A stretch of DNA of 62,540 bases, the filler included, from Bonamia ostreae (taxonomy: Eukaryota), in the NCBI GenBank assembly GCA_040357525.1. It is 13 parts of 13 records of this genome, joined end to end, with 100 filler letters (N's around TTAATTAATTAA, not from the genome) between each part and the next. Parts side by side here need not be neighbours in the genome. Positions count along the whole stretch, not along the records: positions 33,906 to 38,617 come from JBDODL010000276.1; positions 38,718 to 43,421 come from JBDODL010000277.1; positions 43,522 to 48,215 come from JBDODL010000278.1; positions 48,316 to 53,005 come from JBDODL010000279.1; 9 more parts are not named here. One strand, 5' to 3'. Positions within the stretch are counted from its first letter, which is position 1, and every line of letters starts with the position of its first letter. The notes under the pieces were generated by a model that was not told the origin of the DNA, did not search any database, and was given only the letters and a program-made list of their open reading frames with translations. The translations under genes and the position numbers were made by a program. Shown in pieces: positions 37,175 to 49,431 of the stretch.

Positions 37175-38381
37175 ATGACCAACAATCGCATTTTCATCGG
37201 AAACATTAGCAGCAGAACGACAAAAAAGGATTTGTTCAACAATTTTGAAGAATTTGGAGAAATCCTTCGTTGCGACTTGAAAGACAAGTTCGCCTTCATC
37301 GATTACGACTCGTCCAAAAACTGCCAAGACGCAATCGACCGAATGCACCGAACCGACCTCCTCGGCCGACAAGTTCCATTTTGCCATTATAAAATTTTCC
37401 GACATTTCGGACTCTAAAATTTTTTATGCACTAAAGCTAAATCCTAATGTCCTATTTTAGATAATAGTCGAAATGAGCCACGGCAACAAACAGAGATCCG
37501 ATGGCTTCCGCGGCGGCTACAGAGACGAATATCGTCGAAACGATCACGACGACAGAAGAGACAGAGACCGCCATCACGACGACAGAAGAAGTAGACATTA
37601 CGACGACAGAAGAGACAGAGACCGCCATTACGACGACAGAAGGAGCCGCCATTACGACGACCGGAGAGACAGAGACCGCCATTACGACGACAGAAGAGAG
37701 AGAAGCCGCCATTACGACGACCGGAGAGAGCGCCACTACGACAGAAAAAGTCATTACGAAAGCGACAGCCGCAACTTCAAAGTCAAGACTTCAAATCTCA
37801 CTTCGCGCGTGAGTTGGCAAGACCTCAAAGATTTCGCGAGAGACAACATTGGCCCGTCCGTCGCGAGGACGAATGTTTGGTCCACGAGGAGCGGCAATTT
37901 TGGCGTAATCGAGTTGACGGATCGCGGCGATTACGACTACGCGTTGAAGCAATTGCAGAACAAAGAAATCGACGGCCAAAAAGTCGAGTTCTCGGAATTC
38001 ACCAGGGAAGACGAGGATGAACGCAGAAATGAAGGAGATCGGCATCCGAGAAGAGGAATTTCGCGATCTGCGAGAATGTCGGAATCAAAAAGTTCCGGGC
38101 GGTCCAGGAGTCGGTCGGAGAGTTCGAAGAGGTCCAATGACCGATCGGATAGAAGAAGTTTTCCGAGTGAAGCGGAAGAAAAGTCGGAAGATAATAAGAG
38201 CGGAAATGAAAATGATAATAGCGAAAATGAAAATAACGACAAAAATAAAAATGGCCAAATTGAAAATAACGACCAAATTGAAAATGGCGAAAAAAAGAAC
38301 GAAAATGGAGAAAAAAGAAGTCGTTCAAAAAGTGAAGAAAATGAAAATGTCAAAAAGTTGAAGGAATCTAATGAAGAATAA
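37175..38381 (+). CDS. SR splicing factor with RRM plus SWQDLKD pseudo-RRM (SRSF4/5/6-like)
   Basis: RIFIGNI...FAFIDY RRM, a HYDDRRDRDR-repeat linker, VSWQDLKDFAR and an RS-rich tail. Confidence 0.88.
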
Positions 38382-38513
38382 AAACTAAGACAAAGCTAAA
38401 TTTTAAAGGCTGAATTTTAAAAAACCGGTTTTTAAGTTTGTTCGATTCTGTGATCGAAATTATTGTGATAGTACAAAAAACTAAATTTTGAGTGAATTGT
38501 TGTAGCGATTCAC

Positions 38514-38617
38514 TTAGACACTTTTGTCTTGTGTTCTGTATCGTTTTTTGATGCAGCAACCGGTGATGAAGAGAATGAGCAGTATTATGATGCTGACATA
38601 AAAAATCATCAAACCGG
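38514..38617 (-). CDS. C-terminal fragment of a membrane protein (5'-partial)
   Basis: GLMIFYVSIIILLILFITGCCIKKRYRTQDKSV*: a TM helix followed by a basic stop-transfer sequence. Confidence 0.5.
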
Positions 38618-38870
38618 NNNNNNNNNNNNNNNNNNNNNNNNNNNNNNNNNNNNNNNNNNNNTTAATTAATTAANNNNNNNNNNNNNNNNNNNNNNNNNNN
38701 NNNNNNNNNNNNNNNNNACTTCGTAATTAAATATTTTTATCTTTGAAAATAAAAATGTTCGTCTGAAAAAATTGTATTTTTAGGCAATAATATAATAATC
38801 TTTTAATTTCATTGAAAGATGCAAAGATTAAAATAAATTTATTACCAAAATTTTGCAATTTTGTATAAAA

Positions 38871-40255
38871 ATGGAAAATAATCAAATTCTTAAGGAAAAC
38901 ATTATTAGTTCACCTACAAACGATGATCATTTTATTATCAAACAAAGCGAAGCAGAAAAAATCTCAAAGCATCAAAACAACACATTCAGTCTTGCAAAAT
39001 CTCTGAACGATAATTTAAGAAAAAGATCAGTAATTGGCAAAAATAGCCCTCTCTATCCTGATTTTGACTACAAAAAATTAGAGTTTGTAAAACAAAAATT
39101 GAGTCTATTAGATAACAAAGGTTATTTTGTTAAAAATAAAAGAAAATTATGCAATTGAAGATTCAAATTTTTTGATAGCCAATAAAAAAAGTTTTTTTTT
39201 GCAAATAAAGATTTATTCGTTGAAATTAATGAGATTTTGAACGAATGTAATCAGAAGATAGACAAATTCTATATTGAAGCAGAAAAAGACATAGAAAATA
39301 GATTCTCAAAAATCAATTTTAACGAATTTGCTTCTTCAGAAAAATTGGTACAAGCATTCATCAAATAAAATTTAAATTGTATTTTAAGTAAAAAATTAAT
39401 GTGATTTGCAAAGACTGATGAAAATCTGCTTTGTCTATTTTCGCGAACGATGTCTAAAGAAAAGATATTCGGTCAGTTCGGGTTAAAAGAGGTAAATTCT
39501 AACAATTTATAGAACAAAAATATTGAAGAGTGTTGTCATGAAATGTTTAAAGAAGATCCTTTAGTTTTGGAAAAGTTTACAAACTTTTCCAAACTGTGCG
39601 TTGACATTATTTCGCTTAAAACAGTTTCCATTTTGTTCATTTTGAACTCGTACAATAACAGTTTAGCGAGAGTAGTTATTTAATGTATTTAAATTATATA
39701 CAAAATTTTGTGGAAATCGACGATTTGATACTTAGCAGTTTCAACAATTTGTTGCGAACCGATTATTACTCGAGCAATAATTTGTCAATAATTTTCTCGA
39801 GAATTCGTTTGTTTACTTAATTTCAGAATGCTTCCTGTCGAGTCTCAAATCCCAACATTCAAAACTCAAAATGGAAGATGATTTTATCAGGTTTAAACAA
39901 TAAAAAAACAGATGCATCATCTGCCAAAAAATCGATTGGGAAATAGTTATTTTAAGTTGCGCGCACAAAATTTGCAAGAAATGTTTGGGGATTCTAATAG
40001 AGGACTTTCGAAACATTTTCCAGTTTTTCACTCAAAACTCATTTCTGCCTTGCGCGGCGTGCAAAAAACTGATAGTTTAAAAAAAAATTGTAGAAATTGG
40101 ACGGTGAAAACATAAAAGGCGATTATGTGATCAAAGATTACATAAGAGAAAATTTTTACGTAAAATATTATAAGTTAAAGGAATCGATGAAAAGCTGTAG
40201 AAACAATGAATATATATTAAAAAGCGACTTCCAAAACAAAAACGTTTTACAATAA
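38871..40255 (+). CDS. RING-finger protein with a possible divergent N-terminal SPX domain; multi-exon
   Basis: The RING CIIC...SCAHKICKKC...CAAC is clear. FDYKKL and EIDKFY resemble SPX segments. Confidence 0.45.
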
Positions 40256-40390
40256 GTTTAATTATTAAATGAATCTAATTTGAATATTTTTGTTCAAATT
40301 TAACATTTCGTTTTATCGAATTTTTGTTGAAATCTGCGACAAAGTAAAATTTCATTTTTGATTAAATGGATAAAGGAAATTTATGTGAAC

Positions 40391-41205
40391 ATGAGCAAAA
40401 AGGCGAACAGAAAATCGTTCAAACAGAGATTTCAAGTTGATTTTAAAATTGCGAAAAGATGCAAGTTCAAGGAGTCTTGAGCAAATTGGCAAAAAACAAA
40501 TACGAGGCAACAGCTTATTCAATGAGCGATATGAAACCAGCGAGTTGCCATCAATGCAAATCAAACAAAGTTCCAATACATTTACTGTTTTGCTCTTCGG
40601 GAAAAAGAAGAGGACAGAGAGTTTTGTTTAGTAACTACAAGTGTTGCCATAAAAAATTCTGCGATTTGTGTCTGCATCGTTACATGGAAATCGGCGATGT
40701 GATTAAAAAAATGGAAGAGCAAAGGAAGTTTAAAGCCGGTATCAGAAACACTTTTGTGTTTTGTTATATTTTAGATCGTAAAAAAGATGATTATTCATCA
40801 ATATCGAAATTTTAGATATTTTAACATTATTTTTTGATATGGGAATTCGATCTAAAATCAAAAACGATAAAATGCCCAAATAAAGTTGGATTTGTCCCGC
40901 TTGCAAAAACATCTGCTCTTGTGCAAGTTGTAAAAGAAAAAGATATGGCCATAGCCAGTTTTACTCCAACCGAACCAATACTTTTTTCAACGTTTTGTTA
41001 ATGAACAATTTTTACGAACCCATAAAAGGTGAGTGAACCGGTAACAGCGACCGAATCGATTCCGCTAAACATCATCACAAACGAAAAACAAACTGATTTT
41101 GAAATCGACATGGCGCTAAACAGGGCGATGGAAATGAATTTTAAAGGACTGTTCAAAACAGAGAATGGCAAGTTTAAATTAATAGAGGACATATTTATGA
41201 TCTAG
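40391..41205 (+). CDS. zf-4CXXC_R1 (CDCA7-type) zinc-finger protein
   Basis: SCHQCK...KKFCDLCLHRY...WICPACKNICSCASCKRK. Confidence 0.75.
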
Positions 41206-41575
41206 TAATGAAAATACTTTTCCCGGAAAACCTGCTAAAAATATGGATTTCTATGAAGAAGATAAAGAGAATTATAACGGAATGTAGAGTAAATTGTAAT
41301 CTTAAATATCGGTCGTCCAGTTGGCAATTTTCACTAAGACTGACTAAATTAAAAAATTATAAAAATAACTAAATTTATAATTTGACCGAAAGACTAAAAA
41401 GAATTTAACTCGATTTTATAACACTAAAAATAATTTAAATCGATTTAAAAAGACTAAAAACAATTTAAATCGATTTAAAAAGAATAAAAAAAATAACTTA
41501 CGATAAGAATTATTATATAATTTCAATAAAGAATAACTGTTTTTTTTAATATTTTAACAAAATGAAAACTAAAAT

Positions 41576-43421
41576 TTATTCAAATAATTGTGTTTGCAAC
41601 AAAATCATAACAAGTCCAATTTTTTCTTTTAAACTCATTTCCTTCTTAAAATAAGCAAATCCTTCTTTCCATAACCATTCTTGAAGCGGGTTTCCATAAA
41701 CGGCTCTTTTAAAGATTTTGAAGCTCTGCGAACTTGAAGCTTTATAAAAAGATTAAGGTTTAAAACATTCAATTTCTCTTATAATGCCCGGTTTGAACTT
41801 TTTCATTTCCATTTTTTCAATTACTTTTCTATTACACTTAATTTCAAAGTCCGTGTACAATTTCCAAAAAATCGAAGAGTTTCTAAATTTGGGATTTCTT
41901 AAAAGCTTTTTGATTATGTACAATAACCTCCTCAAAAGTTCTTCTGGCGCTATTTACTAAATTGATCTGCTGTCCGTTTGCCTTTAAAAGTTTCAAGACT
42001 ACAATCAAATAGGAAAATTTTATCTTTTCGCAGCGCGGATTCGAAAACTCGCTAAACAGCATTTTGAGCCTTTTGATTTTCAACTCTAAAATAAAACTTT
42101 AAAGGGTTGCTTTTCTTGATTATCTCGAAAAGCAAATCAATTGTTGCGATTTCCGATGGAAAAGCCTAATTATGTTGAAATGATATAATTTGAACTATAA
42201 AAAGCTTAAATGCCAAATCTCCGATATTTCCGTTCGCGAATTTCGAGTCGGCTTGATAAAGAAGCTTCAAAGACTTCGACAACAAAACAACTCTATTTCT
42301 TTCCAAATAGTCGGTTATTTGCAAATTTGAGATAACGGACAGATTTTCGGTTTTGCTTTGTAACAGATTCTGTAATATAAAAATTAGAAAATTGTCGCAT
42401 TTGTTGTCATTAGAAAAATCCATTTTATCGAAATTGCTAAATTTGTGTAAAAATTTGTTCAGTCGGCTTTTTATGTTTTTAGTGTTCGGATAAAATTTTT
42501 TGTCGTTTATGTCTAAAAGCAGAAGCAAAAGTTTTTCTTTGTTTATCAATAACCTCTTTTTGCTTATAGCTTCAATTTCAAAATTTTTCCTTTAAAATTT
42601 TTGATATTTTTAATTTGATGTTTAAAGAAAACCAGATGAAATCGGAAAAAATTTTTTGATTACTTAACTTTTTGGACATATTTAAAGCCGTTAAAGTTTT
42701 TTTTATAAATTTCTGTTTGTTGTCAGCTTTAAAAATTATAAAAATTCTATATACGGCCAAATTGTTAGGATCGTTTTTTAGGATTTCTTTGAGTCTTTTT
42801 TGAACAAAATTTTTAAAAATATTTTTTTCGATTATTTTGCTTTCCGTCCTTTCGTTGGAATACAAAGAAGTTAGTATCGGTCTCAATTCGAAAATAAAGT
42901 TTTTTTGTGCTGTCACCAATTTTGTCAAGAAGAGAAAAGCAAAACTTTTTAAACGATTTTGTTCTGATTCGTTTTGATTTTTGAACTGAAATTTGGTCAA
43001 ATCCGTTAAACTTGTTCGTTTCCTATATAAAATGTGTTCGTGCACATTTTTATAATCGATCAACCCCCAAAATTTTAGAATGGCTTTACTGAAAATTTAC
43101 CAAATGTAAAACCACAATCTTTTGTAAAAACGCAAATTTTCAGTTTCAAAAATCATTTTTTCTATTTGTTTAAAGTGGACATCTTTTTTAGAACAAAAAT
43201 CTTTCGAAGAAGTTAAGTTTTTTCTGAAGAAATTCCAGTCTTCGCATTGGTCCGCAGTGAGCAAATTGAATTCTGATTCGTAATAGAACTCGAAGTGTCG
43301 CAATTTTAGCTCTTTTGCAAAATTTCTGTAATCGTTTGGACAGTTGAAATTAAATTGAATTAAAGACCACAAAAGAGATATCACAAATTCGTTTTTTGAT
43401 ATCTTTGCAAAATATTTAAAC
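41576..43421 (-). CDS. NRDE2: NRDE2-like HAT-repeat protein (5'-partial)
   Basis: ISLLWSLIQFNFNCP...FEFYYES, ARRTFE, FWKLYTDFE and KRAVYGNPLQEWLW match NRDE2 patterns. Confidence 0.6.
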
Positions 43422-44193
43422 NNNNNNNNNNNNNNNNNNNNNNNNNNNNNNNNNNNNNNNNNNNNTTAATTAATTAANNNNNNNNNNNNNNNNNNNNNNN
43501 NNNNNNNNNNNNNNNNNNNNNTATAAAACTATAAGTAATTTTAAATTTACAAACTTAAACAAAGTTTGCAAATTTTGCTTATATATACATTTAAAATTTC
43601 ATGTAACTCTAAAAAACAAAAAATATATTTTTAAAATAAATACTCCCTTAAAATATATTTTTGTGAAAAATTTTGTTTTGCTTAATCTAAAAATTTATCA
43701 TTTTTTTTGCTTAATGGCTAAAAATTTTGTTCAAAAAAGATTTGTTAATCTAAAAAACAAAAACTTATTTGATTATCTTCGATTGCTCCAAAACGTTTTA
43801 TAACTACAAATGGCTAGTAGTTCGAGATAAAGTTTTATTTGCATCGTTCATTTTGGATAATTATTTATAGCATCACTACAAACTATATGAATATTGATAT
43901 TGTTTGGATTTCATTTGTTATTCTCGTTTCGGATTTGGGAAAATTTGAATAATAAAAAGAATTTGAAATAATAACACAGAGACCGATATGAATAATTAGC
44001 AATAAATTAAGTTCTAATTTTTAACAATGTTGTTTTTTGGGATTCTAGTTGACCATTTTATTCCCCTTAAAATTTATTTTGTTTAATAAAATAGTATTTA
44101 ATCTGTCATGCTCAAACTATGTAGTTCGAGTTTCCAATTTAACAAACTTAAAATTTATGCTAAAGCTTAAATATAGTTCTCATTTCCAATTTA

Positions 44194-47100
44194 ATGAAAA
44201 ACTCCAAAGAAAGACCGAAAAGAAACAAAAATAAAAACAAAATCGCTTCTTTGGAAAAAATTAAGCGCATCAGAGAAGGCGACGCTTCTGTCTTCGAGGA
44301 AATGGACAGTAACTCAAACGACTTGTTCGTTCATGTAACTGAAAAAGAATTTAAAGATTTGGCAGAAGAAAAAAATGAATTTATCGTTGGAAGTTTTTAA
44401 TTACAAAATAGCCTATGGCAGTGATGATGAAGAAGACTTCGGCGCAATTAATAAACCTGAGATGATTCCAAACGCAGTAAAAAGAAAAGCAAATCCATTC
44501 AAATACAATAAAAACAGAACAAAATTAGATAACGACCCCAATTTCTTTAAAAGATCTTCAAGTGAAAAAAAAATTGCGCGAAAAGTTTAAAAATAACAAT
44601 TCAAAAAGGTGACAAAGAAAATAATAGTTCCTCTGGATTTGTCAGTCCTCAATCAAATTGACGGCAAAGTCGAAAATTCTGAAACCGAACGATTCGAGAA
44701 AAAAATTTTCATGCCCGAAATAAAGAGCGGCCAAATAAAAGAGATCGATAATCATTTTGAAGAAATTGCGAAAAAGTTTCCCCAAGATAAAAATAATCTC
44801 AACACCAATTCTAACCAGAACGTTGTTAAATCAGACAATTTGAATGAATTTAAATCGGAAAAACACGATGAAACGAAAATAAACGAGTTTCCAAAAACAG
44901 ATAACTCTGTAAGCTTTGTAAAAACTCACGCGAGTTTTGAGGAAAATAAAATTGAAGAACAAGAATGTTCGGACGAAAACATCAGAGAAAACGAAATAAA
45001 AAATGATCCTGTTCAAAATACGCTCAAAAAACTAGAAAACTTAAAAGATTGTTTGATAATGTACTGGATTGACGCGTTTGAAGACTTCTATACGCGGCCG
45101 GGGACGATATTTTTATTCGGAAAAGTTTTGTAATGAAATTTAGACTATCGACGGGAAAAGTTGCTGTTTGCAAGTGAGAAAAGTGCCGAAGAATGTTTTT
45201 GTACCGGTGAACGAAGACAACAAAAGACAGAAATTGCTTTTTGTGCAAGGGTTAGCAAAAAAGGCAAAACTTCCAAATTTCAAAACCAAACTTGTGAAAA
45301 GAAAAAGTTGTTTCGGAAACAATGTCGAAAAATCAGATAAAAATAATAACAAAATAAAGTCCGAAAAAACTGATGAAAACGAAGAAAAGGATTTTATAAA
45401 ATGCACGTATGAATACACAAGTTTTAGATTTTTAGAGAATCCCGTAATTTACAATATAAATTCTGTTGCAAAAATATGATTCAAAAAGATAAAAATGATC
45501 CGTTTAGAAACGAAGCGATCGGAGCGAACACGAAGCCACTTGAAACATTTATACTGAAAACAAAACTCAAAGGCCCTTGCTGGATCGCAATTCAAAAGCC
45601 ATCCGCCATTAAAACTAAAGTTCGGCCATTTTAAATTTATTTGCCAATATATTACAAATTTGTTTTCGTTAATAAAGATCTCGTGGTGTAAAAGCGAAGT
45701 GACCATCGATTCGCTCAAGAATATGAGAATATTAAATAACTCTGACTTGTTAGAGTCGAACGAGTCGAATCTTCTTGAAAAAGCGAATTGGAACAAAAAT
45801 CTACAGCCGCCTTTGACAGTTCTAGCGCTATCAATGAACACGATAACGACCAAGGACGCAGCTTCTTCTGAAATTGCGTCGATCAGTTGTGTGCTTGTGC
45901 CCGAAATGGATTTTGAAAAAAATTTTGAGAATGGAAGACTCTCCAAATCGATCAGCGCGTTTTGTTGTGTGCGTCCTTTGAAAGACAAAGCTCTTCCGCC
46001 CGGATTGGCAAAGCGCGCAGCTGAACAAGGGAGAGCGTTGAGAATTTGTTCGAGCGAACGTGAGATGCTCGGATTCTTCCTAGCAAAACTTTTGTCAACC
46101 GATCCTGACGTCGTAGTGGCGCACAACTTGTACAAGCACCATTTGCCGCTGCTACTCGCGCGCATGAAGGCCTTAAAAGTGATAAATTGGTCGCGTTTGA
46201 CTAGATTGAGAAGAAGCAGGTAATGTTTTGAGATTTGAAGAATGCCCTTCCCTCGTCCGATGGAAAGAGGTCTGCCGAGCGGTCGGTTGTACGTAGACAC
46301 GTGGGCCAGCGCGATTGAATTCTCCTTCGAGAAAACGTACTCGTTGTCGCATTTGGCCAAAAAATATTTCGGAATGGACACTTATTCCATATGTTATTCA
46401 ATATATGAATTATTTTAATTTTTCTGATTCGATTTTTAGATAATATTTGGAATTTTTTTACGATTTTTAATTTTTTGATTCGATTTAAATCAGTTTTTAA
46501 TTTATTGGTTTGATTTTAATTATTTGCAAACTTTTTGATTTTTTATTAAACAACTGCAAGAAAAAACTTTACAAAAAACCAATTTCAAAGCACCAACTGA
46601 AATGAAAAGCAAAATGGCTTCAGAGGTAGGCATTTTTGAGGCGATCGGAAGCGGCTGCAATGAAGCATTTCTGACCATACGAGTAATGTCGCATCTGTCT
46701 GTTCTGCCATTAACAAAGCAACTAACACAACTTTGCGGAAACCTCTGGTGCTCATTATTAACAATATTTTCTAAAAAGGTCAGGATCGCTCCAGTCGAAA
46801 CGTGCGGAGCGGAACGACTTTCTGTTGCTACACGAATTCCATCGAAGAAAGCACATTTGCCCCGAAAAAAGAAAGAGCAACAATTCCTATTCATATAATA
46901 AAAAGAAAGCCCGATACAGCGGCGGACTTGTATTAGAACCGCAAAAGGGACTCTACGACAAGTTTTAAAAGAGAATGAAAAGGTTGGTGTTGTTGCTAGA
47001 CTACGCGAGTTTGTACCCTTCGATAATAATTGAACACGACATTTGCTTCACGACGATTTCACAAAGAGATTGCGACGCTGGAGACGAACTTGGCATAAAA

Positions 47101-47710
47101 GAAAATAGTTCTGCCAAAAAGGGAGTTCTTCCGGAGATAGTTAAGAAGCTGCTTGAAAGAAGAGGAAACGTCAAAAAATTGATGAACGTTTTATAAATAT
47201 ATCTTCAAAAAAGAAAACAGTGTCGGAGAGAGAAAGGGGATCGTTGGACATTCGCCAAAAAGCACTGAAACTAGTTGCGAACTCGATCTACGGCTGTTTG
47301 GGATTCGAAAGATCTCGCTTTTATTGCAAAGAAATGGCGTCTCTGATAACGTTGCTCGGGCGAAAAAGCTTGTTAGCGGCCAAAAACGCCGCTGAAGATG
47401 TGCAGTTAGAACCACCTCCAAGAGTAATTTACGGCGATACGGATTCGATAATGGTCGCGACGGGTCTGCTAAATTTGGCAAGAGCCAAAAGAGCAGCGAT
47501 GGAAATAATTAAAGCCGTGAACAAACGCCATATGTTCATGCGAATCGAACTAGATGGCATTTTTCGCAACATCATCTTGCTGCAAAAGAAAAAATACGCG
47601 GCGAAAATGGTGGTTGGAGAAAAAAAGGGCAAAATTGAAACCAAACTGGAGCTAAAAGGAATTGATTTGGTGCGAAGAGAATGGTGCAATTTTTCAAAGA
47701 AACTTGGGAG
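44194..47710 (+). CDS. POLA1: DNA polymerase alpha catalytic subunit (3'-partial)
   Basis: MYWIDAFE...LFGK, KGPCW, DPDVVVAHN, YSGGLVLEPQKGLYD, DYASLYPSII, KLVANSIYGCLG, YGDTDS, KKKYAA and KGIDLVRREW. Confidence 0.96.
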
Positions 47711-47949
47711 GTTTGTGGGATTGTTATTCTTTTTAATAATTGTCAAAATTTTCGTTTCGGAAAAAATATTGTTTTCCGAAACTTGTAATAAAAATATTTT
47801 TGTTTAGTAAAATATTGGAATATATTTAAAAAGTCAAATAATTTAATTTCGAAAAATCAATTAGGTTTTATGCCGAATAAATCCACTAAGGAAAACCTAA
47901 TTTAAATTTTACTAATAAAAAATTTAAATTCATTTTTCAAAGGCCTATA

Positions 47950-48050
47950 ACTTCGAATATATTTTTAGTATTTCGAGATTTAACAAAGGCCTATGGCACA
48001 GTAGATAGGCCTCTGTTTATTAAAATAATTGAAAGAATTGGCATTAAAAC
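47950..48050 (+). mobile_element. Degenerate non-LTR (LINE-type) reverse-transcriptase remnant
   Basis: Translates IFLVFRDLTKAYGTVDRPLFIKIIERIGI, similar to the non-LTR RT motif FxDxxKAFDxV...L...G. No long ORF; lies near a contig end. Confidence 0.55.
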
Positions 48051-48517
48051 AGTAAAAAGACTGTTCCTGTCAAATGGTCCTCCGACTAATGGCAGACAAG
48101 AGGAGTTTAACGGGAACTGCGCCCCGTGCAATAGGGCTCGATATGATTCCATCCTCGTGATAGGCTCTGGTTGATCATGCCACTCTAAAGACAACATGAA
48201 TTATATTACTGCAGTNNNNNNNNNNNNNNNNNNNNNNNNNNNNNNNNNNNNNNNNNNNNTTAATTAATTAANNNNNNNNNNNNNNNNNNNNNNNNNNNNN
48301 NNNNNNNNNNNNNNNATATCTTCGAAAAATTGTCATTTAAACAATGAAATGGAAAACATTAAAAACATGCAAATTTTAATAAACAACATTTCATTAAAAC
48401 AAGTTAATTGTTATTGCAATTTTATTAGCACTGAGATTTATATTTTATGCAAATAAAGCTGCACTTCTAATTAATAAGAATGAGTTGGAACCAAAAAATT
48501 AAAAATAATATTTACAG

Positions 48518-49238
48518 TTAATCATTTTGGTAATGTTCCGTAGTTTTGATTGATTGGTCTAATTTTTTATTTAACAAATTTTCAATTGTTTGTCTTAAAT
48601 TTAGAAGAAGCATTTCACTTTCTTCTTTTTTGTTAAATAACGCATTCTTAAGCTCAAATAAATTTTCTTTAATTAGCATGTTTTCCTCTTCTAAAAAGTT
48701 GATTTTGTTTTCTAAAATTTTGTTATATTTTTCCAAATTGTCAATTTTATCGCTTTTTATATAAAGTTCTGCTTTTAAATCGTTTATTTTATTTATTTCA
48801 GGACCTTTTTAACAAAAATTAGTCGATTTTTTTTTAATACGAATAATTTTTATAAAAATTTTTATTAAAAATCGCAAAACTTTTGATAAATCGATTATCA
48901 TTCTTCAAAGTATTTTCTAAATGAGATCGATTTATATTCATTGTTATTTTGGCTAAAGTTTCAATTTGGTTTTGATATTTGTCTAATGAGATTCTTAAAT
49001 TTTCAATTGAATTATATTTCTCAAAATTTGTTTTTGGAAACGTATTTAAATATTTCTCGACAGTAAGCCTAAATTTTAAATTTTCAAACTTGTTCTCAAC
49101 TTCAATTTTCTTGTCGTCTATTTTGTCATTATTCTTCCCTTCCAAACTTTTTGTTTCGAATTGTTTAAATAGTTTAGCTCGCACTTTTCTAGCTTCTCTT
49201 AAATAATATTCTCGCTTATCTTCAGATAATTCATTCAT
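48518..49238 (-). CDS. Hypothetical coiled-coil protein
   Basis: Two consecutive same-strand ORFs rich in heptads, with an AAGCTT motif 11 nt upstream of the ATG. Confidence 0.5.
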
Positions 49239-49431
49239 TATTTATAATTAAGCTTCGTAGTATAATTATTTTTCACATATTTAAGCTTTTAAATTATATT
49301 ATAGGATGCTAAATCCTTTCGTGTTAAAGATAAAATGTTAAAAAAACGAATTTAAATTTTTAAACAAAAATTTACAAAACAGATTAAAGACCGAAAAGCT
49401 TTAAAAAATGGCTTCTAGAAAAGTTGAAATA

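Noticed and set aside
38560-38600. GTGATGA...CTGA box C/D snoRNA-like motifs
   Set aside because: Too short, and explained by the antisense of a hydrophobic TM-coding exon.
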